The position numbers and the translations under genes are program-made. The notes beneath the pieces were generated by a model. That model ran no database searches. It worked only from the letters and a program-made list of their open reading frames with translations, and was not told the DNA's origin. A DNA stretch of 64,000 nucleotides from Anabaena cylindrica PCC 7122. Its GTDB lineage: Bacteria > Cyanobacteriota > Cyanobacteriia > Cyanobacteriales > Nostocaceae. The stretch is from NCBI RefSeq assembly GCF_000317695.1, contig NC_019771.1, forward strand, positions 2,463,823 to 2,527,822, written 5' to 3'. Shown here piece after piece: positions 9,351-17,815 of the stretch (its first letter is position 1; the number at the start of each line of letters is the position of its first letter).

Positions 9351-9424
9351 GCCCTTGTGACGAAATTGGCAAACGTGCTGGTCTTAGAAACCAGATTTTG
9401 TGGGTTCAACTCCCACCAAGGGTA
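9351..9424 (+). tRNA. tRNA-like, anticodon UAG (Leu codon) in class I body
   Basis: Acceptor GCCCTTG/CAAGGGT. Anticodon stem-loop CTGGT-CTTAGAA-ACCAG. T-arm GTGGG-TTCAACT-CCCAC. The variable arm is short. Confidence 0.45.
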
Positions 9425-9444
9425 CTGGGTATTTACCCAACTAT

Positions 9445-9522
9445 GCTCTCGTGGCGAAATTGGTAAACGCTTCCGTTTGAGGGACGGAATTTTTGCTCTT
9501 TCAAATCCTGTCGGGAGTACCA
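9445..9522 (+). tRNA. aberrant tRNA-like (anticodon GAG) with degenerate T-arm, CCA encoded
   Basis: Acceptor GCTCTCG/CGGGAGT followed by A and CCA. Anticodon stem-loop TCCGT-TTGAGGG-ACGGA. No canonical T-stem could be drawn. Confidence 0.3.
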
Positions 9523-9527
9523 ACTTT

Positions 9528-9602
9528 GGGCGTTTGGCAGAACGGTTATGCGCCTGACTTTTAATCAGGTTAAAACAGGTTCAACTCCTGTAGCGCCCAC
9601 CA
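9528..9602 (+). tRNA. tRNA-Lys(UUU), CCA encoded
   Basis: Acceptor GGGCGTT/AGCGCCC followed by A and CCA. Anticodon stem-loop CCTGA-CTTTTAA-TCAGG. T-arm ACAGG-TTCAACT-CCTGT. Confidence 0.65.
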
Positions 9603-9603
9603 A

Positions 9604-9677
9604 GCCCCTGTGGCGCAATTGGCAGACGTAGCCCGCTTAAACCGGGTTTGTTGCAGGTTCGACTCCTGTCAGGGGTA
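9604..9677 (+). tRNA. tRNA-like, anticodon UAA (Leu codon) in class I body
   Basis: Acceptor GCCCCTG/CAGGGGT. Anticodon stem-loop CCCG-CTTAAAC-CGGG. T-arm GCAGG-TTCGACT-CCTGT. Confidence 0.45.
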
Positions 9678-9751
9678 TGCGGGGATAGAGCATTCTTTGG
9701 CTCGGCAGTTTCATAAGCTGCAAACGGTGAGTGCAACTCTCACCCCCGCGT
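9678..9751 (+). tRNA. tRNA-like, anticodon CAU (Met/Ile2)
   Basis: Acceptor TGCGGGG/CCCCGCG. Anticodon stem-loop GCAGT-TTCATAA-GCTGC. T-arm GTGAG-TGCAACT-CTCAC. It directly abuts the preceding tRNA. Confidence 0.4.
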
Positions 9752-9783
9752 CCATATACAGACTGTCCTCGCTGTCTGCTTTT

Positions 9784-9861
9784 GCTGGTGTAGCTCAATG
9801 TGGCAGAGCGATCGCCGATGTTTGCGATCGGTTGCAGGTTCAACTCCTGTCACCAGCCCCA
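9784..9861 (+). tRNA. tRNA-like with 8-nt anticodon loop, CCA encoded
   Basis: Acceptor GCTGGTG/CACCAGC with 7 of 7 pairs, followed by C and CCA. D-arm TAGCTCAATGTGGCAGAGC. T-arm GCAGG-TTCAACT-CCTGT. The anticodon region GATCGC-CGATGTTT-GCGATC is non-canonical. It ends 6 nt before the transposon end. Confidence 0.4.
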
Positions 9862-9867
9862 GATACG

Positions 9868-10036
9868 TGTAGCGACCTGCAATACTAATCGGTCAAACCT
9901 GCAATCAAGGGATTTTCAAACCAGGATTAAATGCAACTATAAATACACTTCAGCCAGAATTAATTGCAACTGAACCAGGATTAAATGCAACCAACCTGCA
10001 ATCATCCGTTTCAACCAGGATTATTTGCAACTGACC
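9868..10036. repeat. transposon left end (IR-L) with subterminal repeats at 9919-9938, 9951-9972, 9973-9992, 10013-10033 (plus an extra copy at 10113-10133)
   Basis: The reverse complement of 13490-13662 matches this stretch over ~165 bp. Confidence 0.75.
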
Positions 10037-10280
10037 GAAAGTCCTATTAAATCGTTGTTGAGCAGTTTACTCAAAAAACGCTCCAACTTATCAACAAAAG
10101 TATTTGAACTTCAGCCAGGATTAATTGCAACTGAGAGTAAAAGAAACGACCGTTTTTTTTACTCCCATTATTACCATCAAGCAGAACCAGAATCAAATTT
10201 AGTAAAGAAACTCGGTAATTAAATCAAAGGCAACATATACTGTGAGGTAACGAGTTTATTTACTTGTTGGGGTTCCAAGT

Positions 10281-10850
10281 ATGTTGATAGGCTATGCCCG
10301 AATTTCAACAGATGACCAAAATCTGAACCTGCAAATGGATGCTTTACAGCTTGCTGGTTGCGAGAAAATTTACTCCGACCGCACAAGCGGTGCAAAAGCA
10401 GAACGACCTGGACTTTCCTTAGCATTGGAAGTAGCACGGACTGGTGATGTTCTGGTGGTATGGCGGCTAGACCGCTTAGGAAGATCGCTCAAAGATTTGA
10501 TTGAAATGATGGAAACCTTAGATAAGCGAGGAATTGGGCTTTCTAGCTTGCAAGAATCCATCACCACCACGAATAACAGTGGTAGATTAATTTTCCATTT
10601 GTTTGGTGCATTGGCTGAATTTGAGCGTAACCTCATCCGTGAACGCACTACGGCTGGACTTGTAGCGGCACGAGGGCGTGGTCATAGAGGAGGTAGACCA
10701 AAAGCCCTAGATCCAACTAAACGTCAATTAGCAGTAAGACTTTATACCGAAAAACAATACACAATTATTGAAATATGTAATTTGATGGGAATTTCCAAAC
10801 CAACGCTCTACAACTATATTGCAGAGATAAAAACTGAACATGGTACATAA
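10281..10850 (+). CDS. tniR: serine recombinase (resolvase/invertase family)
   Basis: MLIGYARISTDDQNLNLQMDAL...GDVLVVWRLDRLGRSL, followed by a C-terminal HTH (ISKPTLYNYI). It has the typical length of ~190 aa. Confidence 0.85.
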   Translation: MLIGYARISTDDQNLNLQMDALQLAGCEKIYSDRTSGAKAERPGLSLALEVARTGDVLVVWRLDRLGRSLKDLIEMMETLDKRGIGLSSLQESITTTNNSGRLIFHLFGALAEFERNLIRERTTAGLVAARGRGHRGGRPKALDPTKRQLAVRLYTEKQYTIIEICNLMGISKPTLYNYIAEIKTEHGT

Positions 10851-12501
10851 GCAAATCTCTGTAGAGGCACTTATTAATTTACGCCACCGCCTCGACGGAT
10901 TGCCTAGCCGTTGTCAAGAGCGGCGAATTCTCATCGAAGAGACAGCAGCATTATATGGAGTGTCAACAGATACACTATATCGCGCCTTGCGTAACTCATC
11001 ACGCCCCAAATCCATAAATCGCTCAGATAGCGGGACCCCCAGAAAACTTTCACTCGCGGAAATGGAACGCTACTGCGAGGTCATCGCGGCCATGAAAATC
11101 CGCACTAGTAACAAGAAAGGGCGACATATCTCCACAGTCCGGGCAATTGAACTGTTGGAGGAGTTTGGGATGGAAACACCCGATGGTTTTGTCCAACCAG
11201 ATAAAGGTGCGTTAACTAGAAGCACTGTCAATTATTACTTAAAAACATGGGGGTATGATCAAGAACGCATGACCAGGCAACCGCCTGCGGTGCGTTTTCA
11301 AGCAGAGTACAGCAACGAATGTTGGCATTTCGACCTCAGCCCATCTGATTTAAAACACGTAAAACAGCCATCATGGGTAGAACCGGGTAGAGGTAATCCA
11401 TTACTGATGCTTTATAGTATTGTTGATGACCGTAGTGGTTTATGTTATCAAGAATACCACTGTGTTTATGGGGAGGATGTAGAAGCTGCATTACGTTTCT
11501 TATTTAATGCGATGACAGCGAAAACAACCGACGGCTTTGCCTTTCAGGGGATTCCAGAGATGATTTATACGGATAACGGACCCATTGCGAAAAGCCACGT
11601 ATTCCAAAATGTGATGGATTGCCTGAGAATCAATCTTGTTACCCATATGCCTGCGGGTAAAGATGGTCGTCGGGTAACAGCCCGCTCCAAAGGCAAAGTA
11701 GAAAGACCTTCTCGGACAGTCAAAGAAGCCCATGAGACTCTGTATCACTTTCATGAACCGGAAAGCGACATTGAAGCTAACTTATGGTTGCGCCAATATT
11801 TGTTGCATTACAACGACAAACCACACCGCATAGAGCCGCATTCCCGGCTGGAAGATTGGTTGCGAAATATACCTAAGTCTGGCTTGCGTTCGATGTGTAG
11901 TTGGGAGCGATTCTGTACCTTTGCCCGTGAACCACAGCGCAGAAAAGTGGGAACGGATGCTAGGGTATCGGTAGAGGGTGTGGCTTATGAGGTAGAACCG
12001 GACTTAGCAGGAGAAACTGTCGTGCCATGGTGGGGCTTGTTTGACAACGAACTGTACGTAGAAAAAGAAGACCGTCGCTACGGACCATTTTACCCAGTTG
12101 ACGGTCCTATCCCCTTACACCGCTACCGTAAATTTAAGAAAACTAAAACCGAAGAACGGGCAGATAAAATTGCCAATTTAGCTAAAAAGTTGGGTTTGCC
12201 ACGAACTGCCTTGGACAAAAACACGGATTTACAATTTCTGGTGGATAAGTATAAGGAATTGGAGCCAACTGTTACACCTTTTAACGACCCTGACCCATAC
12301 CAAGAATTTACTTATCCGACTGTATTGTTTGCTAAGAGGGCGATTTCTGAACAACTGGCCAGACCTTTGGCTAAATTGTCTCCCGAACAGTTGGCATTCA
12401 TTGATGCCCTGCTGGCTGAGACTCTGAATAAAAAAGCGATTATTGAACGAGTGCGGCAATATTTCCGCTCAAATCAAGGAGAGGAACAAAATGCTCACTG
12501 A
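10840..12501 (+). CDS. tniA: DDE transposase, TniA/TnsB (Mu-type) family
   Basis: 553 aa. The catalytic core has WHFDLS...(D)...YTDNGPIAKSH...(E) spacing typical of Mu/TnsB/TniA. Its start overlaps the resolvase stop and its stop overlaps the tniB start. Confidence 0.7.
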   Translation: MVHKQISVEALINLRHRLDGLPSRCQERRILIEETAALYGVSTDTLYRALRNSSRPKSINRSDSGTPRKLSLAEMERYCEVIAAMKIRTSNKKGRHISTVRAIELLEEFGMETPDGFVQPDKGALTRSTVNYYLKTWGYDQERMTRQPPAVRFQAEYSNECWHFDLSPSDLKHVKQPSWVEPGRGNPLLMLYSIVDDRSGLCYQEYHCVYGEDVEAALRFLFNAMTAKTTDGFAFQGIPEMIYTDNGPIAKSHVFQNVMDCLRINLVTHMPAGKDGRRVTARSKGKVERPSRTVKEAHETLYHFHEPESDIEANLWLRQYLLHYNDKPHRIEPHSRLEDWLRNIPKSGLRSMCSWERFCTFAREPQRRKVGTDARVSVEGVAYEVEPDLAGETVVPWWGLFDNELYVEKEDRRYGPFYPVDGPIPLHRYRKFKKTKTEERADKIANLAKKLGLPRTALDKNTDLQFLVDKYKELEPTVTPFNDPDPYQEFTYPTVLFAKRAISEQLARPLAKLSPEQLAFIDALLAETLNKKAIIERVRQYFRSNQGEEQNAH

Positions 12502-13461
12502 AGTCATGGAACACTTTCGATTGCTCAGAGAGTTCCGCAAGGCTGGCTACTACGAAACAGAACACCAAAAACAATTGTTTAAGGATATTAAAGTCGCAAT
12601 CCATTCAGGAAAGCTGGTTGCCATCACGGGAATTATCGGGTGTGGCAAGACGACGACTTTACGACGTTTGTTTGAGGTTTTGGAGAAAGAAGGCAAGATT
12701 TTAGTCTCGAAATCGCTTTCTGTTGATAAAAACCGAGCGACGCTACCAACACTGATTGCTGCCTTATTTTACGATTTAGCAACAGATAAGGAAATTAAAA
12801 TTCCTGCACTTGGGGAAAAACGAGAACGGGAACTGCGTGACTTGATTAGAAAAGGTAAAAAGCCTGTGGCGTTGTTTGTAGATGAGGCTCACGACTTACA
12901 TTACAGTACGCTCACAGGACTCAAACGTTTAATTGAGGTAGTTGAAGACGGTGGTGGTACGCTCTCAGTTGTGTTAGCTGGTCATCCTAAGCTGAAAAAT
13001 GATTTACGCCGTCCAACTATGGAAGAAATTGGCTATCGGGCAACTGTTTTTCTTTGGAGGGTATTGTTGGTAGTCAAAAAGAATATATTGAATGGTTGGT
13101 ATCTAAATGTACTACTGAAGATACTCAAATAAGTGAGATATTGGAGCCGGATGCTATTGAATTACTTGCCATGCGGTTGAGGACACCATTGCAAATTGAG
13201 CAACATTTGACACTAGCTTTCGAGGCTGCATACCTTTTTGGAGAGAAAACTGTTACCACAGCGATTATTGAGTCTATTTTATCTAAGCAAATTGACGATT
13301 TGGAACCCACCTTAACCCGGCATGGCTACGATGTAAGGGGCTTGGCGGAACAGTTCAATGCCAAACCGGCGGAAATTAAATTGCTGTTTCGCGGACAACT
13401 TGATCCAGCCCGCTCTCGTGAATTACACGAGCAAATGCTGGCGGCAGGACTGCCACTTTGA
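12443..13461 (+). pseudogene. tniB: TniB/TnsC-like AAA+ ATPase, frameshifted
   Basis: Walker A ITGIIGCGKTT and Walker B LFVDEAHDL. The reading frame breaks near 13050-13080 at gtttttctttgg and continues in the +1 frame (ORFs 12443-13132 and 13054-13461). Confidence 0.7.
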
Positions 13462-13489
13462 GCGGATTGAAACTGCGATAAAAATGTTA

Positions 13490-13662
13490 GTATTTATAGT
13501 TGCAATTAATCCTGGTTGAAACGGATGATTGCAGGTTGGTTGCATTTAATCCTGGTTCAGTTGCAATTAATTCTGGCTCAACCGTATTTATAGTTGCATT
13601 TAATCCTGGTTTGAAAATCCCTTGATTGCAGGTTTGACTGATTAGTATTGCAGGTCGCTACA
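13490..13662. repeat. transposon right end (IR-R)
   Basis: Reverse complement of 9868-10036. It ends ...GGTCGCTACA. Confidence 0.75.
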
Positions 13663-14821
13663 TATACTCATTAGATTCTGGGGACCATACACCATTGGCA
13701 TCAGCTTCATATCTCATCCATGATTTAGTTTCATCGTTGAAGGCGATCATGTGGCGATAATCTTCAGCGATTTCTTTGGCCATTTGATCCGGTGGTGGAT
13801 TCTTATGCTTCTCTGGTTCGTCGTTTTGAGGTGTTCCTGATTTAAAGGTTTTCTCCAGTCGGGCAATGGCATCAGAGTAAGCCCGGTCAAATGCTCCTGT
13901 TCCTGAATTTACTATTAAGTCATCAATTCCTTTACCTTGTTCAGTTCTCCAGAAAATATCCTCTACATAAGATGGGTTAGCAGCTTTCAATGCTAGGGTC
14001 AAACGTTTCTTACCCTTGGTGACTGATATTTTGGCTTTGTGCGAGTCGTCTCTGTCCATGGCCAGTAGCCAAATTGAGTTTTCTACTGCCAACCGTTCTA
14101 AGTCAGGGGTAAGGCTTGGCTCTAAGTTAATTCCATCTTCATCTTTGGATTTACCCGCACCGCACCGACAACCATAGAGTCCGATGGTAACGTAACCCTG
14201 AGAAAGTGCGGCTAGTGCCTTCTTGCCACCTTCTGTAATGATTCTAGGGATTTTAGCTTCTCTCACCCAGTCCCAAAAACTACCTTCCATCGGCACATTC
14301 ATACCGGATCTAGAAGCAACTTTCTTTCTAATTGGTTCGGGGACAGGTGGCGTGAATGCGCGATCGCCATTTCCCTTTGGGGCTAAATATCTGTAGGGGC
14401 GTTGACGGTCTTCATCCCAAAGGCTAACCATTACCTGCCACAAACTACCATCCTCATTTCTGAGGAATGCAGCATAGATAGGTTCTTTAACTTGGTATCC
14501 GAACCGGGTGAAGTACCATCCCAATTCGTCATGAATGGGAGCTTCAGCGTCCATGCCGTCTGTCCACTCAATGGATTCATGAAACTCAATATCAGCAAAT
14601 AGTTCTGGGTCTATGCCACTACCGTTAATAAATAAATCCTTGGCAAATGATTTAAATTCTTCAAAACTGGTAAATTTGTTCTGTAAATTGACAGTTTTGG
14701 AAGTGTCTATTTGGCTGTCAGTAAGGCTTTTCGCATCTTTTTCTGCTACAATAGTAGTAGATTTTATATTTTTTGTTGTGGGTGAAGTTGTCGCTTCCCC
14801 ATTTTTTTTGCGTGTAGTCAT
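13658..14821 (-). CDS. DUF3854/TOPRIM-like protein (paralog of the N-terminal domain of the 2668-5775 protein), C-terminus supplied by transposon end
   Basis: PRIITEGGKKALAALSQGYVTIGLYGCRCG...GKGIDDLIVNSG parallels PLIICEGVKKAAALLTAGYAAIAIPGV...EKGVDDFIAAKG. The last ~4 codons and the stop codon lie inside IR-R of the transposon. The protein is 387 aa against 1035 aa for the paralog. Confidence 0.55.
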   Translation of the reverse strand: MTTRKKNGEATTSPTTKNIKSTTIVAEKDAKSLTDSQIDTSKTVNLQNKFTSFEEFKSFAKDLFINGSGIDPELFADIEFHESIEWTDGMDAEAPIHDELGWYFTRFGYQVKEPIYAAFLRNEDGSLWQVMVSLWDEDRQRPYRYLAPKGNGDRAFTPPVPEPIRKKVASRSGMNVPMEGSFWDWVREAKIPRIITEGGKKALAALSQGYVTIGLYGCRCGAGKSKDEDGINLEPSLTPDLERLAVENSIWLLAMDRDDSHKAKISVTKGKKRLTLALKAANPSYVEDIFWRTEQGKGIDDLIVNSGTGAFDRAYSDAIARLEKTFKSGTPQNDEPEKHKNPPPDQMAKEIAEDYRHMIAFNDETKSWMRYEADANGVWSPESNEYM

Positions 14822-14918
14822 ATTATACCTTTACCTGAGTTGAGTGGTGTGTTTGGAGCTAACAAGGGATGCCAAAAAAGGTTTGAATTTTAGACATAGA
14901 TATCAAAGGTGGTGAGTG

Positions 14919-14962
14919 ATGGTGGATTGCATGGTGGATTGTATGGTGGATTGTATGGTAGA
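14919..14962. repeat. tandem 12-mer repeat (ATGGTGGATTGY x ~3.5)
   Basis: ggtggattgcatggtggattgtatggtggattgtatggtagatg. Confidence 0.5.
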
Positions 14963-15205
14963 TGAAACCCTTGCTGTGTAAGGTTATGGTGGATGATGGT
15001 GGGTTGAGCCTATCTTTTACAGTCGTAGGGAAAATATATTTTGGATATATCTTTTCCCAAATAAAAACCCACCGCCAAATTAATGACGATGGTTATATAT
15101 CCAAGGAAGCTTTCAAGGACTCAAGTAATTTAATTCGGTCGTGCAACTGGTTAACTCTAGCTTCAGAGTTAGTCAGTTCTTCCTTTGACTCTAGAATCAG
15201 TTGCT

Positions 15206-15400
15206 CTAGGATTCCCCCAGTGATTGCGGTGATAGCATCGCCACCGGAAGTTCCCCCCGTCCGATCATCTCTATTAGATGTGATCGGCTGACATTCGCTG
15301 TTGCTGCTAGAGAGTCTAACCCCGCCAACGCAGTCTCTGTCAGGACGATACCCACACTCTTTTTGAGTTCCCCGTTCTCTCTGTGCTTGGCTTTTTTCAT
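15206..15400 (-). CDS. ribbon-helix-helix (CopG/ParG-like) DNA-binding protein
   Basis: 64 aa. VGIVLTETALAGLDSLAATANVSRSHLIEMIGRGE fits a beta-strand followed by two helices, the RHH pattern. The overlapping ORF 15093-15413 in another frame is low-complexity (GGTSGGDAITAITGG) and was judged spurious. Confidence 0.5.
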   Translation of the reverse strand: MKKAKHRENGELKKSVGIVLTETALAGLDSLAATANVSRSHLIEMIGRGELPVAMLSPQSLGES

Positions 15401-15640
15401 TTATCACCTTCATTACTTTCCTCTATACGATACCAAATAGTTCTATACAATATCATATAGAGAATATTGACATATTGCAATATCCTCTATATGATAATAA
15501 TGTCACAAGTTACCAAAAGTAGCAATGTTGACGCGCTCCCTCCTGCCACCTTGCAGGACACACCAGTAACTACGGAGCAATCACAGCGATGGCACTGCCA
15601 CCCATCAAAACCAGCGAGAGGGATGGGGTTTTAAAACAAC

Positions 15641-15668
15641 TGACAATTGACAATTGACAATTGACAAA
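15641..15668. repeat. STRR-type heptamer tandem repeat (TGACAAT)n
   Basis: tgacaattgacaattgacaattgacaaa. Confidence 0.6.
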
Positions 15669-15839
15669 TTACTTAGGAGGGAAACGTATCGAAATAAACT
15701 TAAAGCCTGAAAACATTGCACCACACAGCTTTGACTATTTTTAGTCGTTTCACATTTCGCACTAAATTTAGTTCCGAAATGAGTGGTTTTGAAACATTTG
15801 AAATGGCGAAATGAACAATTTTTAGAGGCTACAAGTCTT

Positions 15840-16115
15840 TCTATCTATACCGTTTCAGCGTTTCAGAAAAGACCTTATTTCATTTCAGGAAATTTCATTT
15901 TTATGGAGGCAAGAATCCTGAACCGAGAAATAAACGCTGAACCGATTACACCACAATGCTTTGACCATGATTTAGTCCGGTTCAGGAGGTTAATACATCA
16001 AAAATAGACATTTTCTAGACAATTTAGAGAAAGCTGAACCGTATGAACCGAGAGTTTTTTACCCAAAACTATTATCAGTTCATTGGTTCAGCGGTTCAGA
16101 GGTAAGTTCAACCAG
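15840..16115. repeat. array of at least 8 dispersed GAACCG/CGGTTC motifs (iteron/centromere-like)
   Basis: accgtttcagcgtttcag; ctgaaccgagaaataaacgctgaaccgatt; gtccggttcagg; gctgaaccgtatgaaccgagag; ttggttcagcggttcagagg; gttcaaccagttcaaa. Confidence 0.4.
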
Positions 16116-16146
16116 TTCAAAAAAAACTACAGGATGGATTTGTATT

Positions 16147-16413
16147 ATGTTATCCACTGATATCTTAAGGGAAAACGTTGAGAATATTGTTTCAGCACCA
16201 TCCAAAAAACGAGAGCAAAGAGTTTCTGAGTTACTAAGGGCAATGGACACATTAAATGATTTGATTAGACATCAGGAACTTATAAGAATGGCGTTGGAAG
16301 AATGTAACACAGATAATCGCATAACTCTCTTGCTAGACCTTTATTTAATGATTTCAGATAGCTCTCTAGAGGATATTTCAGGAACACTGGAGCGATTACA
16401 AGCCAGTCTCTAG
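16147..16413 (+). CDS. hypothetical protein
   Basis: 88-aa ORF with no recognised motif. Confidence 0.35.
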   Translation: MLSTDILRENVENIVSAPSKKREQRVSELLRAMDTLNDLIRHQELIRMALEECNTDNRITLLLDLYLMISDSSLEDISGTLERLQASL

Positions 16414-16573
16414 AAATTAACCAGCAAGTTAACCATCTACAAAATGGAATAAGATAATGTAATTAAACAATCGGCTTGACCGATTAACAATAGTTTCAGT
16501 ATATCTGCATTATGTTTTTATAACGCAGATATATTTAACTGCGAGTAGTTCCACCATTTTTGAGGTAAGTTCA

Positions 16574-16843
16574 ATGACTAGAAAGAAACAATCTAAAGAC
16601 ACCCCAGTAATGAAATCTGGTAAGAAAGGATATTCCTTGATTGATAACAAAGAAATGCTTTCTTTGCACATGACAATAGATTACTTGGCACACCTTTTAT
16701 CTGAAGAGTGGAAGGGTGATAAAAAAAAGTTAATTTATAAAGCACGGGAGACATCTTGGGAATTTATTGACCAACAAGATGATAATAAGATTGAGGAACA
16801 AGCTAATGAAATAATTAACCACCTTGCCAATCCTGATGAGTAG
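16574..16843 (+). CDS. hypothetical small protein (paralog A)
   Basis: 89 aa, MTRKKQSKDTPVMKSGKKGYSLIDNKEMLSLHM... It is a tandem paralog of 16891-17160 with the identical upstream box gaggtaagttcaATGactagaaa. Confidence 0.5.
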   Translation: MTRKKQSKDTPVMKSGKKGYSLIDNKEMLSLHMTIDYLAHLLSEEWKGDKKKLIYKARETSWEFIDQQDDNKIEEQANEIINHLANPDE

Positions 16844-16890
16844 GAGATAGGCGATAACAAGTCAAAATATTTTATGAAGAGGTAAGTTCA

Positions 16891-17160
16891 ATGACTAGAA
16901 AACAATCAAAAGATACCCCAATAATGAGGTCAAACAAGAAGGGGTATTCGTTGGTCGAACATCGGAGATTTCTTTCTTTGAACGTGATTTCAGATATTTT
17001 GATATGGCGTTTATCTGAAGAGTTAAAATGTGACGAAAAAGAGGTTAAAGAATGGGCAATAAGGGAAGCCAAATCCATTGTCAAATCTTGGGATGACGAG
17101 GGTGTCGAAAAAGCAATCAACAAAATAATAGAGAATTCTGAAAATTTGAAGATAGGGTAA
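16891..17160 (+). CDS. hypothetical small protein (paralog B)
   Basis: 89 aa, MTRKQSKDTPIMRSNKKGYSLVEHRRFLSLNV... It has the same upstream box as paralog A. Confidence 0.5.
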   Translation: MTRKQSKDTPIMRSNKKGYSLVEHRRFLSLNVISDILIWRLSEELKCDEKEVKEWAIREAKSIVKSWDDEGVEKAINKIIENSENLKIG

Positions 17161-17241
17161 CACCAGATAAATAAAATTTGTCGAGTTACCAAAACTGACG
17201 GCTAAAAATTACTTCCTTTTTTCTCATAAAGAGCTTAACCT

Positions 17242-17568
17242 ATGTCAGAAAAACCGTACAGTTTCATTGAAGGTATTGATTGGGATTATGTGCCAAGCCA
17301 TTCACTAACTCAATCTGAAATATCTATTTACAGCAAGTGGTTAGGGCTTCCAATCAAGCAATTTACCCCAGTAACTCTTCACCTAAATCTACCGAAAAAC
17401 CATGAAGAGTACGGTGATACCCTATCCGATTTTCTTAAAGAAAAGTATCCCAGCGTATGGGAGCAACTTCTACTTCGTGCCGCAGGTGATTACGCTCTAC
17501 GTAGTTATTTGGCTGGCTACTTCAAAGAAGAGATTGACCTTTGGCTCAAAGATAAACTGACGAATTAG
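17242..17568 (+). CDS. hypothetical protein
   Basis: 108-aa ORF with no recognised motif. Confidence 0.45.
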   Translation: MSEKPYSFIEGIDWDYVPSHSLTQSEISIYSKWLGLPIKQFTPVTLHLNLPKNHEEYGDTLSDFLKEKYPSVWEQLLLRAAGDYALRSYLAGYFKEEIDLWLKDKLTN

Positions 17569-17595
17569 GTTGGCTGAAGGTACTTTTAACTGATT

Positions 17596-17755
17596 GTTGA
17601 GAATTGTCTGTCCAATTGGACAGACGCTCAAACCATCAAATTGTCCGAAAATTAGACAGACAGACAGAACGGACAGAATCAGACAGAACCCTTGCATATC
17701 AATGGACAGACAGCAGACAGACTTTAGACAGAATCGGACAGACTTAGACAGACAA
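17596..17755. repeat. GACAGA-rich low-complexity repeat region (~15 copies)
   Basis: gtctgtccaattggacagacg...agacagacagacagaacggacagaatcagacagaac...ggacagacagcagacagactttagacagaatcggacagacttagacagac. It is followed by a pair of HIP1 palindromes (GCGATCGCatttttttggggatGCGATCGC). Confidence 0.6.
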
Positions 17756-17815
17756 AAAGGCGATCGCATTTTTTTGGGGATGCGATCGCTCTGTGGGTAA
17801 AATTACCCTGTAGCT

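Larger units (their letters stand above)
9868..13662 (+). mobile_element. Tn5053/Tn7-superfamily transposon (tniR-tniA-tniB) with ~165-bp multi-repeat terminal inverted repeats
   Basis: 9868-10036 is an almost perfect reverse complement of 13490-13662, with TGTAGCGACCTGCAATACTAATC... at both tips. Each end carries four or five ~20-bp subterminal repeats (A)ACCAGGATTAAATGCAAC(T/C). Internal genes are a resolvase, a DDE transposase and an AAA+ ATPase. Confidence 0.75.

Noticed and set aside
10025-10222. 65-aa ORF inside the transposon left end
   Set aside because: It is composed of the subterminal TnsB-site repeats, so it is non-coding.
9868-13662. Possibility of a CRISPR-associated transposon (type V-K CAST) because of tRNA-proximal Tn7-like insertion
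   Set aside because: There is no cas12k-sized ORF, no tniQ, and no CRISPR repeat-spacer array or tracrRNA-like sequence in or next to the element. The element is only 3.8 kb.
15093-15413. 106-aa ORF overlapping the RHH gene in another frame
   Set aside because: It has a low-complexity Gly/Thr/Ser core and no motif. The 64-aa frame gives a coherent RHH fold instead.
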